Assembly (NCBI GenBank): GCA_030390025.1
Contig: CM059432.1
Location: forward strand, 8,184,001 to 8,248,000
Reading direction: 5' to 3'
Length of the DNA stretch: 64,000 nt
Source: Squalus acanthias
Taxonomy: Eukaryota
The notes under the pieces are model-generated. The model was given only the letters and a program-made list of their open reading frames with translations, was not told the DNA's origin and made no database searches. The position numbers and the translations under genes are program-made. Of the stretch, positions 1 to 10,642 are shown in pieces (position 1 is the first letter of the stretch; the number at the start of each line of letters is the position of its first letter).

Positions 1-479
1 AAGCCAGGGTGCCGAATTTCTGGCCCAAGCTCCTGGGGTTGAGATCTTTTGCAAGTTCTGCTGGGGAGACTGCTGCTTTGAATTGATACGTTATTTTTAT
101 AATGAGGTCGGGACGTTTTAAGACAAAACTACTCCCATTCATCTATCAAAAGCATTTTGTTGGATTTAAAGCGCTTTTGGGTGTCCTGAGGTTGGGAAAG
201 GCAAATATTTCTTTCTTTGTCTTACTTTTAAATTGTCCAACTGATAATAGCTGTAACCTCACCTTGATTGATGAAATTTGATGAAACAAAATATAATATT
301 TAAATTCAGCAGAATTAGTTACGCCAGCTTTTTAGCAACAAGGATTCAACAGCCTTGCAGTGAGGATAAGCAGTGAGGAAATATATATGATCCCTTTGAT
401 AATGAATTATGACTACAAGAAAAATAAAGGGTCAACGCGCAACCGTGCATTCAAATCACACTGGTGTCTTATTCCAGGA

Positions 480-880
480 ACAACAACACCAACTTGCATT
501 TTTCTAGCGCCTTTAACACAGTTAAACGTCTCAACGTGCTTCACAGGAGCGATTACTAAACAAAATTTGACACTGAGCCACATAAGGAGATATTAGGGCA
601 GGTGACCAAAAGCTTGGTCAAAGAGGGAGGTTTTAAGGAGCGTCTTAAAGGAGGAGAGAGAGGCGGAGAGGCGGAGAGGTTTAGGGAGGGAATTCCAGAG
701 TTTAGGGCCTCGGCAGCTGAAGGCACGGCCGCAAATGACGGAGCGATTAAAATGGCGGATGCGCAAGAGGCCAGAATTAGAGGAGCGCTGAGACCTCGGG
801 GGGTTGTTGGGCTGGAGGAGGTTACAGAGATAGGCCATGGAGGGATTTGAAAATAAGGATGAGAATTTTGAAATTGAGGC
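480..880 (-). mobile_element. L2-type LINE 3' fragment
   Basis: Minus-strand translation ...RAFSCRGPKLWNSLPKPLR...FKTLLKTSLFDQAFGHLP followed by a (TTG)n-like tail. The same tail recurs at ~18.1, 23.9, 31.2 and 52.1 kb. Confidence 0.7.
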
Positions 881-894
881 TCACTAATCTGTAA

Positions 895-1422
895 GGGGGG
901 AAAATTTGGATGCTTTGCACCTCCCCTTAGAACCCTAAGAGGGCGCAAAGCAACTAGCGCCTGGGCGCGGCAATGATTGCGCCGCTCGTGAAATTGACCA
1001 GACATTTTGCGGTGGCACTAAACACTACCGCCACGATCTCCTGCGCCCGCAGATCGTGACGTCAGTCGAGCGTGCAACGCCCCGGTAGCGCCCCGGACTG
1101 GATATTGAGTGGTGCCCCCTGCTTTACCACCTGCCGCTAGCAACGGCAGGTTGAGGGGAGCGTTTTGCAGTCGGGAAGGGACTGGGGGAGCTAATTAAAG
1201 GCAGCCGCTTCCTGCCGTTTTTTGTCGGCGACATTTTTGCACCACGTATTCTGAGATAGAGAGACTTCTGGAGAGATTCAACGCTATGTGAAGGAGTTTT
1301 GGGTACTGAGCAGCACTTTGCAGGTTCATTTTGATTTGACCTTCCTTGCGTCGATTGAGAAGAGACTGTGGGGGCTGCACTCTGAGCTCTTTCCCTGGGC
1401 CTCTCCATTGTTCTTTCCAGCA
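895..1422. mobile_element. Truncated non-autonomous Harbinger derivative
   Basis: Starts TAA|GGGGGGAAAATTT and aligns by eye with 10930-11470 and with the reverse complement of the Harbinger right end near 17819. The other end is missing. Confidence 0.65.
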
Positions 1423-1559
1423 GAATTGATCTTATTGAGTGGCGGGGCAGGCTCGAGGGGCCACAGGGCCCACTCCTGATCCTAATTTTTATGTTTCTTA
1501 AGTTCTTAAATCATCAAAACTCAGGATCGTACTGTAAGATTAGCAGATACACTGTACTG

Positions 1560-3343
1560 CAGTGCGGCCAGTCAAGGAGGAACGTGGAACTAACTGGGAA
1601 CCAGAGCAGAGAGGAAAAAAACAATTCCAGGAGTGACATCACAGGACAGCTGGTAACTGATTGGTTGGTAAAGGTCACGTCATTTTTTTTGCTCTTCAAG
1701 TTAGGTACCGGGGTTAAATAGCTGGTTAGGGATAAAGCAGGAGCTTGGAGATTAGTAACTGTTAATACTATATTAAATTAGTAACTGTTAATACTATATT
1801 AAATTAGTAACTGTTAATAATATATTAAATTAGTAACTGTTAATAATATATTTTATTAATAACTTGAATTAGGTACTTCTTAGTCTTAAGTTTCTGTAAA
1901 GTTAGTTAATAGTTGAACAAATAAAGGCATGGCAGGGCAGCTCAGTCCCACAGAATGCACATCCTGTGCCATGTGGGAAATCCAGGACATTTCCCATGTC
2001 CTGGACAACAACATGTGCAGGAAGTGTCGTCAGCTGGAGGAGCTCGAGCTCCGGGTTTCGGAGCCTGAGCAGCAGTGCACCCGTGAGGCTGAGAGCTACA
2101 TGGATAGTACGTTTCAGGAGGTGGTCACCCCGTGGCTAAGGAATGCGCAGGCAGAGAGGGAATGGGTGACCACCAGACAGAAGAAGAGGACCAGGCAGGT
2201 AGTGCAGGAGTCCCCTGAGTGCATCTCGCTCTCCAACCAGTATTCTGTTCTGAGTACTGGTGAGGGTGATGGTTCCTCTGGTGAGTACAGCCAGAGCCAA
2301 GTCCACAGCACCACGGGTGGCTCAGCTGTACAGGGGGGAGGAGAAAGACAAGGAAAGCAATAGAGGTAGGTGAATCGATAGTTAGGGGAGCAGACAGGCA
2401 TTTCTGCAAATGCAGACGTGACTCCAGGATGATATGTTGCCTCCCTGGTGCCAGGGTCAAGGATGTCACTGAACGGCTGCAGGGCATTCCGAGGAGGGAG
2501 GGTGAACAGCCAAAGGTTGTGGTCCATATCAGTACCAACGACATAGGTAGAAAAAGGGATGAGGTTCTGCAGGCAGATTTTAGGCAGCTAGGAAAGAGAT
2601 TAAAAAGCAGGACCTCAAAGGTAGTAATATCTGGATTACTCCCGGTGCCACGCGTGAGTGAATATAGAAATAGGAGGATAGAGCAGATGAATGCATGGTT
2701 GGAGAGATGGTGCAGGAGGGAGGGCTTCAGATTCCCGGGGTATTGGGGCCGGTTCTGGGGGAGGAGGGACCTGTACAGGTCGGATGGGTTGCACTTCAAC
2801 AGAGCTGGAACCAATATCCTCGCGGGGAGCTTTGCTCGTGCTGTTGGGGAGGGTTTAAACTAAGTTGGCAGGGGGATGGGCAATAGGATGTAGCATTAGA
2901 AAGGGGAAACAAAGGGCACAAAGGATTGGGAGAGACGGATAGCACTCAAGTAAGAAATAGTAAGGGATTAGGTGGGGTCAGACTAAGAGAGAATACAGGG
3001 TGGTCTAAGACAGGTTTACAATGCATGTATGTGAATGCATGAAGCATAGTAAACAAGGTTGGTGATCTGCAGGCGCAAATAGCCACATGGGAATATGATG
3101 TCGTGGCAATAACGGAGACCTGGCTCAAAAAAGGGCAGGATTGGGTATTAAATATTCCTGGATATAAGGTGTTCAGGAAAGATAGGGAAGGAAAGGCAGT
3201 ATTGGTTCAGGAGAATATTACGGTGCTGGAGAGGGAGGATGTCCTGGAGGGGTCAAGGACAGAATCTATTTGGTTAGAGTTAAGAAATAATAGCGGTGCC
3301 ATTACACTACTAGGTATATTCTATAGACCACCAAATAGTGGGA
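1560..3343 (+). mobile_element. CR1 LINE, 5' part (degenerate ORF1 and start of ORF2 endonuclease)
   Basis: ORF1 remnants 1929-2863: CxxC...CxxC, leucine zipper and SGNH-type esterase (CCLPGARVKDV, DGLHFN). ORF2 APE motifs AITETWL and YRPPN. The element resumes at 10643. Confidence 0.9.
1751..1860. repeat. ~4 x 26-bp AT-rich tandem repeat in the CR1 5' region
   Basis: Unit ATTAGTAACTGTTAATACTATATTAA repeated. Confidence 0.9.
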
Positions 3344-4322
3344 GAGTGTCGAAGGCTTTTGTGAGGTCACAGAAGGCCATGTACAGCGGCTGGTGCTGTT
3401 CCCTGCATTTCTCTTGTAATTGACGCGCGGTGAAGATCATGTCCATTGTGCCCCTTAGTGGGCGGAATCCGCATTGCGACTCTGGGAGGAGCTCTTCAGC
3501 CACTGGGAGAAGGCGATTGAGGAGGATTCTTGCGATGAATTTCCCTGTGGCAGACAGCAGGGAGACTCCTCTGTAATTACCGCAATCGGACTTGTCACCT
3601 TTCTTGAAGATGGTCACAATTACGGCATCTCTGAGATCCCCAGGCATGCTCTCCTCCTTCCAAACAAGGAAATTAGTTCATGTATTCACGCCAATAATGC
3701 TTCTCCGCCATGTTTTAGCGCCTCAGCGGGGATTCCATCTGCTCCTGAGGCCTTGTTGTTGTCCAGTTGTCGGATGGCCTTTTCAACCTCATGCTGGGCT
3801 GGGGTTGTGCTGAGATGGTGGCGGGTAGCATGCTGCGGGATGGAGTTGAGGACACTCGCGTCGAAGACAGAGTCTCCGTTAAGGAGATCTTCGAAGTGCT
3901 CCTTCCAGCGGGCACTGACTGCCTCTCTGTCCTTGATGAGTACCTCTCTGTTCTTGGCTCGCAGTGGGGTAGGGCCTTGGGTGCTTGGGCCGTAGGCGGT
4001 CTTGACTGCGCTAAAGAATCCATGCACGTCGTGGTTGTCGGCTAGCTGCTGGATCTCCTGCGCTTTCTCCACCCACCATCTGTTCTTTAGGTCACGAGTT
4101 TTTTGTTGGACCTCGAGCATCTGTAGAGCTGCTTTCTTGCTCTAGAGTTCTGTTGCTGTTTCCAGATCAGGAATGCTTTGCGCTTGTGGCTTATTAGCTC
4201 CTGGATCTCCTGGTTGTTCTCGTCGAACCAGTCTTGGTGTTTCCTGGTCGAGTGACCGAGCGTCTCTTCACAGGTGCTGATTATGGAGGCCTTGAGTGCA
4301 GACCAGGTGCTGTGGACACTCT

Positions 4323-4926
4323 GGGCTGGATTTTCATTGACCCGTGGAGGTGGGTTTAGAGGTGTGTGGGGGGGTTAAAATTGCAAAAACTGGCGGGCGG
4401 GCACAAGTCTGCCTCCACGCAATTTTCATTAAATCGTGTCTGCTGGTCCCGACTCCGTCTCGCCTCTAAGAGGAGGGATAGGCTGTTAAGGCCCTTAACA
4501 AGCACAAAATTGCCTCTATAATGCCATTTTGAAAGGCCTTTGTGATTTTAACCCTTTTTCTACGTGAAGCATGCCAGGTCTGTCTGTCTGTATGAATGAA
4601 TGAATGAATGACTGACATATCTGGGAATGGTGGCGTAAAAATATCTGGGAGCAGACTTAGGGCTGCTGCTCATTTTGCATCCAGGTCCTCTCACAGCAAA
4701 GGCCAGGCAGTCTTTGCAGACCTTCAATGCAGCAGCAATGATGACATCATCAGAGGCGACTTTCAGACTGAAAACACTAATTGGGCCATGGGTTCCCGCA
4801 TGCTGGAACTCAATTGCCCAGTTAGGTGAAAATTGCATCAATCTCCCACATCCACTTGCAGTCGGGTGGATAACACGAAAAGTGGATGACACAATCCCAA
4901 CCCAGCCCAGTATCAAAATCCAGCCC
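4323..4926. mobile_element. MITE with 12-bp TIR and 3-bp TSD (Harbinger-type)
   Basis: GGGCTGGATTTT at 4323 and AAAATCCAGCCC ending at 4926. TCT is duplicated on both sides, and the element interrupts the RTE. Confidence 0.85.
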
Positions 4927-5845
4927 TCTGTGTCTCTGAGTCACTGGGAGTCATCAGGCTGGTTGTGAGGCGCAGGCTGAATAGGGCTTTCTTAGCGGGG
5001 TCTTTGAGTGCTCCAGCGTTGATTTTCCTGCGGCATTGCTTCTGTTGCCGCCGCTTTTTTGGGGCTACGATGATGGAGATGACAGAACGGATTAGGCAGT
5101 GGTCTGTCCAACAGTCGTCAGCTCCTGTCATGGCGCGGGTGATGCGGACGCCCTTGCGGTCCCTCGCTCGGACGATGACGTAGTCCAGCAGATGCCAATG
5201 CTTGGAGCGAGGGTGTTGCCATGAAGCCTTGTATTTGTCCCTCTGATGGAACAAGGTGTTGATTATGACAAGCCCATGTTCTAAGCATTTCATCAGCAGG
5301 AGGGTACGGTGGAGTTCGGCTTTCCCTACCCCCTACCCCTGTCAACCGTGAGGGATTATGGAGTGTCCTTCTCAAATTCGGCTGCACTCAAAAGTTTGTT
5401 ATCATCCGCCACCTGCTTCATGGCGACATGAAAGCCGTGATCCTGACCAACGGATCCACCACAAACCCAATTCACGTAAGGACCGGGGTCAAGCAAGGTT
5501 GTGTCATCGCACCAACGCTCTTCTCGATCTTCCTGGCTGCAATGCTCCATCTCACCCTCAGTAAGCTCCCCGCTGGAGTGGAGCTAATCTACAGAACAAA
5601 CGGGAAACTGTTAACATAAGAACATAAGAAATAGGAGCAGGAGTAGGCCAATCGGCCCCTCGAGCCTGCTCCGCCATTCAATAAGATCATGGCTGATCTG
5701 ATCCTAACCGCCAATCTACTATCTATCACAGAACCATCTCCTGCATCTAACAGAATTGCACACACGAAATAGGAGCAGAATCAGGCTACACAGTCCCTGG
5801 GCCCGCTCCACTACCCACAGGGCCATGACCGATCCGAACCTAGAC

Positions 5846-8797
5846 TCATGTCCAAATTCCTGCCCGCTCCCCGTAACCCTTAATGCCCTTTACTTCTAGG
5901 AAACTGTCTATTTCTGTTTTAAATTTAATTAATGTTGTAGCTTCTACAGCTTTTTGTGGCAGCATATTCCATGGACCTACCACCCTCTGAGTGAAGTAGT
6001 TCCTCCTCATCTCAGTTTTGAAAGAGCAGCCCCTTATTCTAAGACTATGTCCCCTAGTTCTCGTCTCACCCGTCATCGGGAACATCCTCCCCGCATCCAC
6101 CCGATCCAACCCCTTCACAATCTTATATGTTTCAATAAGATCGCCTCTCATTCTTCTGAACTCCAATGAGTAGAGTCCCAATCTACCCAACCTCTCCTCA
6201 TATGACCACCCCCTCATCCCCGGGATTAACCGAGTGAACCTTTTTTGCACTGCCTCGAGAGCAAGGATGTCTTTCCTTAAGTAAGGACACCAAAACTGTA
6301 TGCAGTATTCCAGGTGCGGTCTCACCAATACCTTGTACAACTGAAGCAATACCTCCCTATTTTTATATTCTATCCCCCTAGCAATGAAAGCCAACATTCC
6401 ATTTGCCTTCTTAATCACTTGCTGCACCTGCATACTAACCTTTTGAGTTTCGTGCACCAGGACCCCCAGATCCCTTTGCACTTCAGTACTCTCCAGTTTC
6501 TTGCCATTAAGATAATAAATTGCTCTAGGATTTTTCCTGCCAAAGTGCATCACCTCACACTTTCCAGTGTTGTATTCCATCTGCCAAATCTCTGCCCACT
6601 TACTTAGCCTGTCTATGTCCCCTTGCAGGTTTTTTATGTCCTCCTCACTCACTACTTTCCCTCCCATCTTTGTATCATCTGCAAATTTTGATATGTTACA
6701 CTTGGTCCCTTCCTCCAAATCGTTAATATAGATTGTGAAGAGTTGGGGACCCAGCACTGACCCCTGTGGAACACCACTAGTTACTGATTGCCAGTCTGAG
6801 AATGAACCATTTATCCCAACTCTTTGCTTTCTGTTAGATAGCCAATCCTCTATCCATGCCAGAATATTACCCCCAATCCCGTGATTTTTTACCTTAAGCA
6901 ATAATCTTTTGTGTGGCACCTTGTCAAATGCCTTTTGGAAGTCTAAATACACTACGTCCACTGGTTCCCCTTTATCCACTCTATATGTTACTTCCTCAAA
7001 GAACTCCAGCAAATTTGTCAAACATGACTTCCCCTTCGTAAAACCATGCTGACTTTGTCCTATTAAATTATGATTATCCAAATGTCCTGTTACTGTTTCC
7101 TTAATAATGGACTCCAAAATTTTACCTACCACAGATGTTAGGCTAACCGGTCTATAGTTACCAGCCTTCTGTCTACTGCCCTTTTTAAATAAGGGTGTTA
7201 CATTAGCAGTTTTCCAGTCTGCCGGGACCTTAGCGGAATCCAGGGAGTTTTGAAAAATTATTACCAATGCATCTACAATCCCTACCGCCACTTCCTTCAA
7301 GACTCTAGGATGTAAGCCATCAGGTCCAGGTGATTTATCCGCCTTGAGTCCCATTATTTTACCGAGTACCACTTCCTTAGTGATTTTGATCGTGTTTAGC
7401 TCCTCTCCCCCTATAGCCCCCTGTTTGTCCAGTGTTGGGATATTCTTAGTGTCCTCTACTGTAAAGACTGATACAAAATATTCATTCAGTGTTTTTGCCA
7501 TCTCCATATTTCCCACCATTAATTTCCCGGTCTCATCCTCTAAGGGACCAACATTTACTTTAGCCACCCTTTTTCTTTTTATATAACTATAAAAACTCTT
7601 ACTATCTGTTTTTATATTTTTTGCTAATTTACTTTCATAATCTATCTTCCCTTTCTTAATCAATCTTTTTGTTATTTTTTGCTGCCTTTTAAAGTTTTCC
7701 CAATCCTCTGTCCTCCCACTAGATTTCGCTACCTTATATGCCCTTGTTTTTAGTCGAATACTATCCTTAATTTCTTTACTTAGCCACGGATGACTGTCCT
7801 TTCTTTTACACCCTTTTCTTTTCAGTGGAATATATTTTTTTTGGAAGTTGTAAAATAACTCCTTGAATGTACACCACTGATCATGTGTCGTCTTACCCTT
7901 TAATCTATTTTCCCATTCCACTCTACTCAATTCCGCTCGCATACCTTCATAGTCTCCTTTATTCAAGCTTAGCACGCTTGTTTGAGATCCAACCTTCTCA
8001 CCCTCTAATTGAATATGGAATTCAACCATGTTATGGTCACTCATTCCAAGGGGATCCTTTACTAGGACATTTTTAATTAATCCTGTCTCGTTACACAGGA
8101 CCAGATCTAAGGTTGCTTGCCCCCTGGTCGGTTCAGTTACATACTGCTCAAGAAACCCATCCCTAATACACTCAATGAACTCATCCTCAAGGCAGCCCTG
8201 CCCCATTTGATTTGTCCAATTAATATGATAGTTAAAATCCCCCATAATTATAGATGTTCCCTTATTACATGCCTCAACTATTTCCTGATTGATACTCCGT
8301 CCAATAGAGTTGCAACTGTTCGGAGGCCTATAGACTACGCCCACTAATGTTTTTTTCCCCTTATTATTCCTTATCTCCACCCAAACTGTTTCATTATCAT
8401 GATTTTTTGACCCAATATCATTACTCTGTATTACAGTGATTCCTTCCTTTATTAACATAGCCACCCCACCTCCCCTTCCTTCCTGCCTGTCCTTCCTGAT
8501 CGTTAAATAACCTGGTATGTTTAATTCCCAGGCATTGTCACCCTGCAGCCATGTTTCTGTAATGGCCACAATATCATAACCATATGCAGTTATTTGTGCC
8601 ATTAACTCGTCTATTTTGTTACGAATGCTACGTGCATTCAGATAGAGAACTTTCAAATATGCTTTGTGGCACTTAGTTCCTGCTTTTTCACTTTTTACCA
8701 GTTTACCTTTTACTCCACACACTCTGTCCCTTCCTGCCACGCTCTGATTTGTGATTCCCCTACTGCTACCTATGTCTATGACCCTCTCTGTTGTCAT
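5846..8797 (-). CDS. CR1 ORF2: AP endonuclease plus reverse transcriptase, 983 aa, uninterrupted
   Basis: Motifs NARSIRNK, ITETWL, GDFN, SDH, PGPDG, YLDFQKAFDKV, GVPQGSVLGP, KFADDTK. Confidence 0.95.
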   Translation of the reverse strand: MTTERVIDIGSSRGITNQSVAGRDRVCGVKGKLVKSEKAGTKCHKAYLKVLYLNARSIRNKIDELMAQITAYGYDIVAITETWLQGDNAWELNIPGYLTIRKDRQEGRGGGVAMLIKEGITVIQSNDIGSKNHDNETVWVEIRNNKGKKTLVGVVYRPPNSCNSIGRSINQEIVEACNKGTSIIMGDFNYHINWTNQMGQGCLEDEFIECIRDGFLEQYVTEPTRGQATLDLVLCNETGLIKNVLVKDPLGMSDHNMVEFHIQLEGEKVGSQTSVLSLNKGDYEGMRAELSRVEWENRLKGKTTHDQWCTFKELFYNFQKKYIPLKRKGCKRKDSHPWLSKEIKDSIRLKTRAYKVAKSSGRTEDWENFKRQQKITKRLIKKGKIDYESKLAKNIKTDSKSFYSYIKRKRVAKVNVGPLEDETGKLMVGNMEMAKTLNEYFVSVFTVEDTKNIPTLDKQGAIGGEELNTIKITKEVVLGKIMGLKADKSPGPDGLHPRVLKEVAVGIVDALVIIFQNSLDSAKVPADWKTANVTPLFKKGSRQKAGNYRPVSLTSVVGKILESIIKETVTGHLDNHNLIGQSQHGFTKGKSCLTNLLEFFEEVTYRVDKGEPVDVVYLDFQKAFDKVPHKRLLLKVKNHGIGGNILAWIEDWLSNRKQRVGINGSFSDWQSVTSGVPQGSVLGPQLFTIYINDLEEGTKCNISKFADDTKMGGKVVSEEDIKNLQGDIDRLSKWAEIWQMEYNTGKCEVMHFGRKNPRAIYYLNGKKLESTEVQRDLGVLVHETQKVSMQVQQVIKKANGMLAFIARGIEYKNREVLLQLYKVLVRPHLEYCIQFWCPYLRKDILALEAVQKRFTRLIPGMRGWSYEERLGRLGLYSLEFRRMRGDLIETYKIVKGLDRVDAGRMFPMTGETRTRGHSLRIRGCSFKTEMRRNYFTQRVVGPWNMLPQKAVEATTLIKFKTEIDSFLEVKGIKGYGERAGIWT

Positions 8798-8835
8798 TTT
8801 TATTTTTTGCTCTCTTGAAACCTCCCCCCCACTAA

Positions 8836-9630
8836 TTAGTTTAAAGCCCTCTCCACAGCCCTAGTTATTCGATTCGCCAGGACACTAGTCCCAGCACTGG
8901 CCAAGTGAAGTCCGTCCCAACGGAACAGCTCTCTCCTGCCCCAGTACTGGTGCCAGTGTCCCAAGAAGCAAAACCCATTTTTCCCACACCAGTCTTTGAG
9001 CCACGCATTCAACTCCCTGATTTTATTTACCCTAGCCAAATTTGCTCGTGGCTCAGGTAGTAATCCAGAGATTATTACCCTCGAGGTTCTGCTTTTTAAT
9101 TTGGCCCCTAGCTGCTCAAACTCCCTCAGCAGAACCTCTTTCCTTGTCCTATCTATGTCATTGGTACCAACATGGACCACGACAACTGGATCCTCCCCCT
9201 CCCACTCCAAGTTTCTCTCCAGCCCAGAGGAGATGTCCTTAACCCTGGCACCGGGCAGGCAACACAGCCTTCGGGACTCTCGCTCTTGGCTGCAAAGAAC
9301 CCTATCTATCCCCCTAATGATACTATCCCCTACCACTACAACATTTCTTTTTACTCCCCCCACTTGAATGGCCCCCCTTACCACGGTGCTGTGGCCAGGT
9401 TGCTCATCCTCCCTGCAGTCCCCGCTCCTATCCACACAGGGAGTAAGAGCCTCGAACCTGTTGGACAAGAGCAAGGGCTGCGGCTCCTCCAACACTACCT
9501 CCTGGATCCCTGTACCTGCCTCACTCGTAGTCACACCTTCCTGTCCCTGACCACGGGCTACTTCTGAATTAGTTACTCTAATTGGTGTGACTACCTCCTG
9601 AAACACGGAGTCCAGGTAACTCTCCCCCTC
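8836..9630 (-). CDS. CR1 ORF1, C-terminal part (SGNH-type esterase domain)
   Basis: VVVGDSII, CCLPGARV, VHVGTND, DGLHL. The ORF-track portion beyond ~9630 is RTE sequence, not ORF1. Confidence 0.88.
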   Translation of the reverse strand, partial: EGESYLDSVFQEVVTPIRVTNSEVARGQGQEGVTTSEAGTGIQEVVLEEPQPLLLSNRFEALTPCVDRSGDCREDEQPGHSTVVRGAIQVGGVKRNVVVVGDSIIRGIDRVLCSQERESRRLCCLPGARVKDISSGLERNLEWEGEDPVVVVHVGTNDIDRTRKEVLLREFEQLGAKLKSRTSRVIISGLLPEPRANLARVNKIRELNAWLKDWCGKNGFCFLGHWHQYWGRRELFRWDGLHLASAGTSVLANRITRAVERALN

Positions 9631-10642
9631 CCGCCGCCTCCAGTCCAGATCCAAGGTCGTCCCATCCTCTGTCATCGAATTACAGTCTGCGTACAGTCTG
9701 AGGTCGAACTCCAAACCATCGTCAACACCTTCACTGAAGCATACGAGAGCATGGGTCTTACACTAAACATCCGTAAGACAAAGGTCCTCTACCAACCTGC
9801 CCCCGCCACACAGTACTGCCCCCGATTATCAAAATCCATGACAAGGCCTTGGACAACATGAACCACTTTCCATACCTCGAGAGCCGACTGTCAACAAGGG
9901 CAGACGTGGATGACGAAGTCCAACACTGCCTTCAGTGTGCCAGTGCAGCCTTGGGTTGCCTGAGGAATAGAGTGTTTGAAGACCAGGACCTCAAACCCAG
10001 CACCAAGCTCATGGTCTACAGAGCAGTAGTGATACCCACCCTCCTATATGCTTCAGAGACATGGACCATGTACAGCAGGCACCTCAAAGCACTGGAGAGG
10101 TACCACCAACACTGCCTCCGCAAGATCCTGCAAATCCATTGGCAGGATAGGCGCACCAACGTCAGTGTTCTCGCTCAGGCCAACATCCCCAGCATCGAAG
10201 CTTTGACCATGCTTGATCAGCACCGATGGACGGGCCACATTGTCCGTATGCCCGATACGAGACTCCCAAAACAAGCGCTCTACTCGGAGCTCTGGCACGG
10301 TAAGAGAGCCCCAGGTGGGCAGAGGAAACGCTTCAAGGACACCCTCAAAGCCTCCTTGAAAAAGTGCAACATCCCCACCAACACCTGGGAATCCCTGGCC
10401 CAAGACCTGCACAAAGTAGAGGAGAAGCATCCGGGAAGGCGCCGAACGCCTGGAGTCTCTCCGCCGGGAGCAAGCGGAAGCCAAGCGCAAACAGCAGAAG
10501 GAGCGCACGTCAACCCAAGCACCCCCCCCACCCACCCTGCCCCTTCAACCACCATCTGCCCCACCTGTGACAGAGACTGTAGGTCTCCCATTGGACTCAT
10601 CAGTCACCTGAGAACTCATTTTTAGTGTGGAAGCAGAAGAAG

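Larger units (their letters stand above)
5615..9630 (-). mobile_element. Young CR1 LINE (5'-truncated in ORF1) nested in the RTE
   Basis: (TTCTTATG)n tail at ~5615-5630, intact ORF2 and partial ORF1. The RTE sequence rejoins across 5614/9631. A closely similar 3' end is at ~60303-60745. Confidence 0.93.
3344..10642 (+). mobile_element. RTE-clade LINE insertion with 5' inversion (3344-~5337 minus, ~5338-10642 plus)
   Basis: 11-bp TSD AAATAGTGGGA at 3333-3343 and 10643-10653. Minus part: APE C-terminus (HLLDYVIVR) and RT (NYRGVSLLS...DLTKAFDT). Plus part continues VNREGLW...GVKQGCVIAP, then the C-terminus with CPTC...H...H and a (GAA)n tail. Confidence 0.9.
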